From Malacoraja senta (Eukaryota): a DNA stretch of 60,000 bases. The stretch is taken from NCBI GenBank assembly GCA_038087875.1, contig CM075987.1, positions 21,206,001 to 21,266,000 of the forward strand, read 5' to 3'. Every line of letters begins with the position of its first letter. The stretch's first letter is position 1. The translations under genes were made by a program, and so were the position numbers. The notes under the pieces are model-generated. The model did no database searches and was not told where the DNA came from. It worked only from the letters and a program-made list of their open reading frames with translations. Shown one piece after another: positions 51,122 to 60,000 of the stretch.

Positions 51122-51202
51122 TTATCCCTCCTGATTGATTAAGCGTTGCCTCGTCTCAAGCACTATTTCTTCCATTATTTCTGGCTTCAAAATATCTTTA
51201 AT
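51122..51202 (-). CDS. EXOSC2: EXOSC2 last coding exon 9 with TAA stop
   Basis: ttacag|ATT AAA GAT...GGA TAA; IKDILKPEIMEEIVLETRQRLINQEG*. Confidence 0.96.
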   Translation of the reverse strand: MKDILKPEIMEEIVLETRQRLINQEG

Positions 51203-52223
51203 CTGTAATTTAAAAAAAATAACACGAGGAAAACAAATGTATGTTGTTGACATGTTTCCATCAGATTGTGTAGGTCCACAGTCACCACATTAAACATTTA
51301 TTCGTGTTTAAAGAGAACTAAATATAACGTTTCACTAACTTTTACAAATGCTCATTCTCAATTAAATGCATGTTTTTAAATATGAAATGGTGATTTTGCA
51401 GTTACACAAACCAACTAAGGTGTCTTTTCCCTTAAATGTTTGGTTTTGACTGGTTATACCCTTGCATACATGCACATTCAAATACACACAGAAAGAGAGA
51501 TTGAAAGATCATTAAATTAGTTTGAGAGATCGGTTTTATAATCATAGACAAAAGTTTGTTAAACTAACAGAAGTTATTTGATTTACAAAATATTTATTGT
51601 CATTATACAAGCAGAGGCACGCAAGATGGTACTAAGAAACCTTGAATTCCTGCATTGCAGGAACATGGAATCCCTGCCTAAATGATAGAAGTCGCACACC
51701 ACCTCAAAAACATTGCTCCTCCATCTATCCCACCAGGTACTTCCCACCCATCTGTGGCCTCCTCCACTACCTCAGAACACTCAAAACCAGATGAAAGCAA
51801 GTCATTCTCCATCCCGAACTATTGTATATTGTTGTAAGTGACTGATTCATTTTATCAAGGGAATTTATTTAACTATTCTGTACTCACGACATCTTTAATG
51901 CTTTTATTCTGAGAAGTTGCGGTCGGATCTTTTCCCTCAGCTCGTCAAACTGATACCATTTTCCAAGTAAATTGACTCCACTTGGTGCGAATCATACATG
52001 TTGGCCTCCTCAATGGTTGATGTTGTGCCGCAATACATATATACATTAACTGGAACAGTGCCTCCCCTAAAATAACCAATTGGCCTTTGAAATTCTGTAA
52101 ATCATTACTTGGAATGCGTGACAGTGGTTTATACTTGAATATGTTAATTTCAAACTGAGAAAAATAGTTAAATGCGAATCTAAGCCATGCTGTGCCAAAG
52201 CCATTCTACTTTGGATATATTAC

Positions 52224-52352
52224 CTGGTAATGCAGTGATGCCTCATAGCAATAGAGAACGCTGGTGTCATAAAGCAACATTTTGTGAATATTCAGGATTA
52301 AGATGCAATTGTGGAGTCGTGAGATGACCTCTCTATCCGATAAAGAAACCGG
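52224..52352 (-). CDS. EXOSC2: EXOSC2 coding exon 8
   Basis: ttacag|CCG...CAG|gtaata; 129 nt; PVSLSDREVISRLHNCILILNIHKMLLYDTSVLYCYEASLHYQ. Confidence 0.96.
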
Positions 52353-52761
52353 CTGTAATCAGGAAGAACGGGTGCACCAAGATTAAGATATATTCTAGCT
52401 TTCAAACAGTTAAAACTATAGTCAGTGTCATTGTAGTAAAATGGAGTCACAGAGAACAGCAAGTGGTGGAATCTACTGCCTCCTCATCCCCATCCCCTGC
52501 AGTTGCAAACATCTTCCAAGGGGGAAAAGGTTCTAACTGTTTGCCCTATCTATGCCTTTCGTCATTTTCTATACTTCTATCAGGTCTCCCCTCAACCTCT
52601 GAAATTTCAGGAAAAACAATCTAAGTCTATCCAAACTCTATGGGCAATGCCCCCTAATTTAACTCTCAATTTTAAGAAATAAATCCCTGTTTTTTGCATC
52701 CCTGGCAACTGAACTATTAACTCTGCATCTATCCTGTCAAGCCGAAGTAAATAAAAATGTT

Positions 52762-52947
52762 AGGTAGACAAAAGTGCTGGAGAAACTCAGCGGGTGCAGC
52801 AACATCTATGGAGTGAAGGAAATAGGCAATGTTTCGGGCCGAAACGTTGCCTATTTCCTTCGCTCCATAGATGCTGCTGCACCTGCTGAGTATCACCAGC
52901 ACTTTTGTCTACCTTCGATTTTCCAGCATCTACAGTTCCATCTTAAA
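52762..52947. mobile_element. Penelope-type fold-back element (76-bp inverted arms) in EXOSC2 intron 7
   Basis: Arms 52762-52837 and 52839-52914 around gtttcgg-g-ccgaaac; 14-bp TSD taaataaaaatgtt (52748-52761 and 52948-52961). Confidence 0.8.
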
Positions 52948-53144
52948 TAAATAAAAATGTTGTATATTTCACCTTTAATTCTTGTAAACCCCAAAAATTG
53001 CTCAAACTCTTTTCATGACAACAAACCCACTTTTCAAAGAAATATACAAGCAAACCTTTGTTGCATTCCCTCTACTGCAAGGTAATCCTTCTTTGGGTAG
53101 GCAGTCCAGATCTATACACAATATAGTCAGTCATGGTTCCTCAC

Positions 53145-53321
53145 CTCAAAATTAGTCACAAATCCTCCTGCTTCATCCTCCTTCTGTTCAGCGACAGGAT
53201 AAATCCAAATATAGCCGTTATTTCCAAGAATGATGGCTGCTCCACAAGGCAGGTTGTGAAAATGAGTCTTTCGACGTTTTACAAGGGAAGGGGAGACTTG
53301 GACCAGAGTACCTTGTCCCAG
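53145..53321 (-). CDS. EXOSC2: EXOSC2 coding exon 7 (KH domain, GNNG motif)
   Basis: ggtgag|CTG...GAG|gtgagg; 177 nt; LGQGTLVQVSPSLVKRRKTHFHNLPCGAAIILGNNGYIWIYPVAEQKEDEAGGFVTNFE. Confidence 0.95.
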
Positions 53322-53764
53322 CTCACCAAAGAGAGATTAGAAAGGGGAAAAATGCATGTGGGATTAACTCCAGTGCATCACACAGGGACAAGCGTTGATA
53401 AACAATGCCTTAAATCCCTTAATTTCTGCAATATAAAAATCCCTGAGCTCCTCCAATTCTTTATATCCCCGATTTCTGCCCCTTCAAGGCTGATGGCCTT
53501 AATTTTAGTTGATATTCCCACCGCAAACATCTCTATTCCTTTCCTCCATTAAGATGCACCTTCAAAGCTGTATTCATGACTATGTTTTTCATCACCTATC
53601 CCAATGTCTAAAATGTTCCCCTTGCATACAGATGAGACTGTTTGGAACACTTTAATATGTGAAAAATGTGTGTAAATGAGAATAGTGTGGAAATTCCAAC
53701 CATTTAATGTGGTGTGGAAATTTCACTTTTGTAAATAAATGGACTCTGCATCTCCTAACCTTAC

Positions 53765-53833
53765 CTTTCCATACTTTAGGCTCCTGGTATGCAAGGACAA
53801 AGCACCATCAGCAAACACAGCTTGTACCTCTGC
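53765..53833 (-). CDS. EXOSC2: EXOSC2 coding exon 6
   Basis: attcag|GCA...AAG|gtaagg; 69 nt; [23 protein letters not shown]. Confidence 0.96.
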
Positions 53834-55572
53834 CTGAATGCATGATAAGGAACATTATGAACAAGCAAAAAGAGCATAAGAAAAATTAGTATGCTTTTTT
53901 TTAATGTATGGATTTTGCAGTAGTCATTGCTTGTTATAAATACCTAATCCATCACAAGTGAAAAAATATTGAATACAAATCCAATTACTAATAAATGATT
54001 GATCCCTTTATTGTAAATTACAAGAGCGTTTTGCATAAACCGCGCTGTCTTCCCAATTGTACAAGAGTAAAGGAATGATCAATTAACCTTTATGATTACA
54101 GTTGATGAGGTGGTTACAGAAATGAGAATAACCTTAAAAGTACAGGTATCGGTTTTGAAGATTCTGTGCATTTTGCAGAAGTAGAAATTTGGAACATTCT
54201 TCCCTCAGGCTGGGAGTCAATTGAAAACTTTAAAGCAGAGATCAAAGCCAAGCGAACAAAGGCAGGTAAATTAAGTTGAGGTATAGGTCTACCAAACTGA
54301 ATGGCAGCAGAGACTTGAAGGGCTGAAGGTCACCTTGGTCCAATTAATGGTGTGTGTGAGATAAAGGGATTCCAAACACTGCTGCAGTACATTGTTCACA
54401 AATGGGACAAAGGGACTGACCCTTTTATTTGTGTGATGTCTCACTGATTGTTACTGTGGTTTTGCATTGATAACCAGAGTCTGAACAAAACCTTGTGTTA
54501 ATTTATGGCTGGACATGACAATTTCACATTGTGAGTGCGGTGGGGAAAACAGCCAGAAGGTGATCTGATTCTTGAGCTGCTGCCTCACAGCACCAGAGAC
54601 CTGGGATCAATCCTGGCCTCTGGTACTGTCTGTGTGTAGTTTACATGTTCTCCCTGTGACCGCATGGGTTTCCCCTGGGTGCTCCGGTTTCCTCCCATAT
54701 CCCAAGGACGTGCGGGTTTGGAGGTTAATTAGCCTCTGTAAAATTCTCCTCGTGTGTCAAGAGCGGATTAGAAAATGGGATTACACAGAACTCGGGTGAT
54801 CGTTAGTTGACATGGATTTGATGGGCCAAGTGTTTCCATGCAGTATCTCCAAAACAAAATGTAGCCACATCTATTCTGATTATTGCTGTTGAATTTACTT
54901 TCACTATTCTTTCAGACAGCACATTCTCAATCACAACAGCCTTTTAGGTGTCGTCTCCCCCCCCTCCCCATATCACCTATATTAACTTAAAGTATCCTGC
55001 TCATCAACCCTTTTGTGACTAAAAACAATTTCAGATGACTTGCTCCTTCCTTCTGTTTATATCAAGATTACTATTTGTATATACCAATTCTCTCCCCCTT
55101 TTGTATATTCAGGCCTACTCCACATGTCCAGAAGGCTGGACTATACACCATCACCCAGATTTCCCAACATCAGCAACACATTACACTGAGTATAATTATT
55201 TACTTTATGTCTGTCTATATTTGACCCATTACTGACATTCTCTTTGTTCCATCCTTTGCCTTCCCACAACTTGTTACTTAGACTAACTTGATTTCCATGA
55301 TGCTCAGTTCTTATTAAAGGTCGTTGACCCAAAATGTCAGAGGATTTCTCTTTCAACTGATGTCCTAGTCCATGACTGTCCAAGTTCTTTTGGCATTTCT
55401 TTTTAATTTTGGAAATTTTAACCCAATCCTGCCAGCTGGCTGTTTAAATTAAATGGCAGCAAAAGAGTATCTCTTCTAGACCATGGTTTACTGAGTTGTG
55501 CCATTTTATACTGGGAGCATCCAGTGGAGAAATCGGCCCTTTGAGCTCCATGCTGGTCAGTAAAAAGGATAC
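53834..55572 (-). other. EXOSC2: U12-type (minor spliceosome) GT-AG intron, EXOSC2 intron 5
   Basis: 5' splice site GTATCCTTTT (55572-55563); branch-site-like TTCCTTATC (53852-53844) ending 10 nt before the exon; no long polypyrimidine tract. Confidence 0.9.
54570..54860 (+). mobile_element. V-SINE-like element inside the U12 intron
   Basis: gctgcctcacagcaccagagacctgggatcaatcc...gttctccctgtgaccgcatgggtttcc...ggtttcctccc. Confidence 0.8.
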
Positions 55573-55638
55573 ACTGATCAGGTCTCCCTCCTGCAAGTAG
55601 TCCCTCATCATCAGTTCATCCTCAGCAGACCTCCTCCT
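55573..55638 (-). CDS. EXOSC2: EXOSC2 coding exon 5
   Basis: ttgcag|AGG...AGT|gtatcctttt; 66 nt; RRRSAEDELMMRDYLQEGDLIS. Confidence 0.96.
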
Positions 55639-56003
55639 CTGCAAGGATAAAAAGTTTGCATAAAAAATACAGAAAGAAGTGCTTTAAGACTAACATTCTT
55701 CTCCCAAAAGACGGTACTGCATAACCGGGTTCTGTCTTCCTCCGGAGAATTCAAACCCAAGGATGGTGAAGATTTCTCAATTTTATTTCAAAGATGTGCA
55801 GTGAGAGTCTTAACCAAACCATAACAACATAACTAAAATAGTTATCTGATCATTATCATGTTGCTGTTTGAAAAATCTTGCAACGTATAAATTAACTGTC
55901 ACATTCTTACATTATATCAGTGATTATATTTAAAGTAGTTCATTGAGAACTTTGGGCTAATATAAAAGGTTACTATAGAAATGCTAATACTTAATTTACT
56001 CAC

Positions 56004-56093
56004 CAGTTCTCCTCCAGGAAGATTAACAGAAGAGAGGAGGAGCACAGAGTCTAGTCTGGAGTTCGTTTCCACTTTCCAGCGCTTCTGTTGAAC
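56004..56093 (-). CDS. EXOSC2: EXOSC2 coding exon 4
   Basis: ctgtag|GTT...CTG|gtgagt; 90 nt; VQQKRWKVETNSRLDSVLLLSSVNLPGGEL. Confidence 0.96.
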
Positions 56094-57127
56094 CTACAGA
56101 TTTAAGAAGGAAACGTTTTTGTAGGATTTTAAAACCAGGAAAAGGGCTTGATGAGACTCTGCTGAAAGAGGCCATGCTGATATATTAGTAATGTTGAAAC
56201 TTAGGGAGCACTGGAGGGGATCAAGATATAGTCCAAGTAGCTGGAAGTACATGTGCAAGGTGATTGCCCAGGTAAAAGTGCAGTACACTTATTAAATCGA
56301 TAAGTAGAAGGCAAATGGTTGGGTTTTTGAGGTCTTAAATATGGAAAATAACAATAATTTATAAAAATCGTGCCTTATTACATTTGCACCATGTGATAGC
56401 AAACAGAACTAATTTGTTAATGAATAAATTCAGATTTTTTTCACCTTGTATGAAGAACCTTCCTTCAGGAGACTGAAGTTAGGCTCATTGTTACAAGCTG
56501 GTTCTCTGAAGGAGCAATCAGACTCACCCCCATACTCCCAATTTTTCTGAGGTATTTGATGAGGAATTTATTAAATTACATTTAACTCCATTTTAAAATT
56601 ATGATGAAATCAGCTACATCACCTTTCCAAATCTGTAATTTCTCAGAATAAGTAATATTTAATCTCCTAAATCTTTTTGAGTCCGTTGTCAGCTATTTCA
56701 TCACTAACAAAATAGAATTCCTGTAAACTATCTAATTAAAGCTAAACCCTCCACAAGAAGCCCGATTATGTTGCTTCAAGTACCTTTGCCGATGGTTCAC
56801 AATCCTGAACCAAATTTTCTTTGCTAGTTGAAACACATCAAGTTGCAGTGACCAGTTAAATTTGCACTGGAACTGTGGCCAAATCACAGGACTTTATCTA
56901 TGACTTTGATACTATTAACTTCAGTTCTACTGCCTGCCCTATCCCCACATTACACTAAAATATATTTTCCTTTTAAATGATTATAACTTTTTGACAACAT
57001 AAATTCCCCATTTAGCAATGAACCTCTGGGATATGCTACTAATTGGTGCAATGGGTGCTAATTCTAAGCTTCAAGATATGTCATTAAACTCATTTAAACT
57101 AATTAAAAAACATGAGTTTGATCATAC

Positions 57128-57173
57128 CTCAGTGATCCTGCCCACAACGACATCACCAACTTCTCCGTTATAT
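57128..57173 (-). CDS. EXOSC2: EXOSC2 coding exon 3 (start of S1 domain)
   Basis: ctgtag|A TAT AAC...GAG|gtatga; 46 nt; YNGEVGDVVVGRITE. Confidence 0.95.
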
Positions 57174-57894
57174 CTACAGGGGGAAATATGAAATGCAAAG
57201 CAATAGTTATTTTAGTGATTGAGAACCCTCTTTCCATGGCATTTAATCACACAAATAAAAGAACATTTCAGCATCAGCTAAAAAGGAAAGGCATTGGACA
57301 AACTGCATTGCTTTCTAAGGATCTGTACAAGCACAAAGGGACTGATTGCATCCTTCAGGTACAAATTTACTGAATCTTCCATAATTATTGCCTGTCAAGA
57401 CATTTATATTTTCCAGACCATAGAACTGCATTATGGGGTTTATAAGAGTAATGAGGTGATCTATTAGCCAATAAAATTATAAACACTTGGAATTTGTGAA
57501 TTGAAAAAACTTTTGTGATAAAGGGCAAATGAAAATCTCATTCTTTCAATGGTCTCACCTCACTTTACTCTCCAATATATTTGCCGCTGGAATGAAGCTA
57601 TCTACGTGGGAAACTGTTCAACATTCCTCACTTCCACTGCAAAACCAGGACCCATCCAATGCAGTCATAAGCTGCAAACAATGCTTGCATTAATGTACAC
57701 TCAGAAACCGCACTGTAAACCATCAGAAAGTCCTTCAATATATGAGAGGATGATCAGAAAAGTAAATATTTAAAAAACAAAGGCACCAACTTCCCCCCTG
57801 CCACGCAGCACTACTCCATGACAACCAAGGTCCAGGATGACATCTTGGTCACCTTGCATTACTTCCCATATATTGGGAGCCACTGCTTTGCAAG

Positions 57895-58135
57895 AGGTGG
57901 TACAGCGGTAGATACAGGTTTGATCCTGACTACGGTTGCTGCCTGTATGGAGTTTGTAAGTTCTGCTATGATCATGTGGGTTTTCTCCGGGTGCTCTGGT
58001 TTCTTCCCACATTCCGAAGACATGCAGGTTTGGAGGTTAATTGGTTTTGGTAAGTAGTAAAATTCTCCCTAATGTGGAGGATAGTGTTAGTGTAAGGGGT
58101 GATCGCCTATTTCCGCACTCTATCTCTAAAATCTA
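57895..58135 (+). mobile_element. V-SINE-like element
   Basis: gtggtacagcggtag...ggtttgatcc...gggttttctccgggtgctctggtttcttcccac. Confidence 0.75.
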
Positions 58136-58239
58136 TAGAGATCAGGTCAATTTTCAAGGACAATCTGTAACAAAATCCGCCAATACCAGGGCGAAACCAG
58201 GAGCCATGCAGGATCGAAGACTAAAACCGAGTATGAACA

Positions 58240-58760
58240 ATAAACAACAGTCACTTCAAAGCAGTAATGAAATACCACCAATGTAGCTCAACAAAAATCG
58301 TCCAAAGCCATGGAACGATACACGTACCAATAACCATATCCTCTCCAGCAACACAAGCATTGAGGATTTTATCATTCTCAACTAGCTTCGTAAAGAGGGC
58401 CACATCATCCGTACACCTAACGTTTTCCCCTGAAACAAGCACCATCACATCAAGAAAATCCCAGAACCCTGGAACAGTGCTTCAAGGATGTTGTCAAAGC
58501 CTCAGAGGAAATATAACATCCTCAATTACATGCGGGAATCCTTGGCCCAAGATTGCTCAACCTGGCAAATAATCACAAGGGAAGGCATCAAAGTCTCTCC
58601 AATGGGAGCATACAGAGATCAGGAACAAACACCAGAAGCAGTGCATAATATGCCAAACAACCTATTAACCAGCCATCTGTGAAGGAATCTGCAAGATTCA
58701 TTAGTTGCCCCAGAACTATAGTGGAGGCAAATCATTCTTGGTCTTTAAAGACTACCAAGA
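58240..58760 (+). mobile_element. Degenerate RTE-clade LINE 3' fragment
   Basis: FKDVVKAS...ESLAQDCSTWQ remnant resembling an RTE ORF C-terminus; boundaries approximate. Confidence 0.5.
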
Positions 58761-58879
58761 GAAAAACTTTGAATGTCACTTCACCTAATCCTACATACAA
58801 TATTTGGGAATCAAGAGTGGTTCATTATTTTTGTGTGTATGGTTTGCTTAAATCTTTCCTCAATAGTACACACACACAC

Positions 58880-59160
58880 ATGGTGACACATCTGGTAGAG
58901 TTGCTGGCTTACAGTGCCAGAGACCCGGGCTCTATTGTGATCTCGGGTGCTGTCTCTGTGGTGTCTGCATGGTCTCCCTGTGACCACATGGGTTTCCTCC
59001 GGATGCACATCCCAGACATGCTGGTTTGTAGGTTAATTGGCCTTTGTAAATTGCTCCTAGTACGTATGGAGTGGATGAGAAACTTTCTCAGAGAAAGCAC
59101 AATAACAGACTCAGCGAGCCCAAGGGCCTGGTTCCATGTTGTATCTTTCAATTCAATACA
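58880..59160 (+). mobile_element. V-SINE-like element
   Basis: ggtagagttgctggcttacagtgccagagacccgggc...ctccctgtgaccacatgggtttcctccg. Confidence 0.75.
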
Positions 59161-59184
59161 TAGAAATGTATGTTAAGTTCTTAC

Positions 59185-59286
59185 CTTGTGTGAAGTGGCT
59201 TGACACATATCAGCTTGTTCACTCTTTCCACAGCCCCAGCAACTGATGCAATGAGCTTTTCATCTTCCATGTAGGTACCATGGCCT
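59185..59286 (-). CDS. EXOSC2: EXOSC2 (RRP4) coding exon 2; exon 1 not seen, presumably beyond the window end
   Basis: ttctag|A GGC CAT...ACA AG|gtaag; 102 nt; GHGTYMEDEKLIASVAGAVERVNKLICVKPLHTR. Confidence 0.95.
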
Positions 59287-60000
59287 CTAGAAAAACAGGA
59301 TGAAAAATTGCACAGGATCATAACCAGGAAAGAGTTGTTTCAGCATCAATGTAGTCTCTTGTTCCTATGTTCTCCAAGAATTAAAGATGAAGGCGCAAGA
59401 AACCGATTTAAAAACTCAAAAGTAAAAATCAAAAGAAGCTCTGGAAATGGAAATTGTGCTTATCTCTTCGGACAATTTTACTAGTTACAAAAACATTGGC
59501 AATTGAAAGAATCTTTTGATTTTGGAAGGGTCAGTACCAGGTTTGAAGCAGGATCCTAACCCAAACAGTTGTATGTCCCATTTCCCTCCAGATGCTGCCT
59601 GACCAATGGAGTTCCTCCAATACATTGTTTAGCTCAGTCTCAGGTCCCTTGCTTTTCATGGTTCATTAATAATTTCAATTTAAATGGCAAGATCATAATT
59701 TAAAAATTTACTGGCTACACCAAATCTAGCAAAGAAGATAGGTAGACATCAATGGGCCAGTTGGATGGTATAAAAATGACAAATTTGACCCTGGGAAACG
59801 TGATGCAAAGCATTTCTTGAGTGAAAACGTGATAAATGATAGGTTATTCATAAATGTAGATTAACAGGAGACATTTTATATCTAGACCTCTTAGAGGACA
59901 GAAGAATAGACAGATAAGGTGACAAGAACGCATAATAAACTGTATACAATTCCGTTTAAGCCTCAAATGAAATACTGTGTACCCTAACGGTTTTATAACA

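Noticed and set aside
43985..59160. tRNA-like A/B boxes at several positions
   Set aside because: These are SINE heads without a complete cloverleaf, not tRNA genes.

Overview
Eukaryotic vertebrate genomic DNA, most likely from a cartilaginous fish (skate/ray), judged from the CR1, V-SINE, Rex1 and Penelope-type repeat content. Two split genes lie tail-to-tail. ABL1 is on the + strand: 8 coding exons equivalent to human exons 4-11, 7792-39162, covering the end of SH2, the kinase domain and the long last exon with NLS and F-actin-binding domain. EXOSC2/RRP4 is on the - strand: exons 2-9, 59286-51122, with a U12-type GT-AG intron. Introns are packed with mobile DNA. Highlights: (1) a 138-bp TSD-flanked SINE-like insertion that begins exactly at G1 of a minimal HDV-like ribozyme fold (35284-35421); (2) an L1-clade insertion with a textbook twin-priming 5' inversion and a 16-bp TSD inside a full-length CR1, which is itself nested in an older CR1; (3) two different Rex1-like LINE fragments joined head-to-head inside one apparent TSD; (4) short Penelope-type repeats with hammerhead-ribozyme cores, one a 76-bp fold-back; (5) Tc1 IR/DR elements and a hAT-like MITE. 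All calls come from reading the sequence by eye; comparisons to human genes are from recall, and no database searches or folding programs were run.
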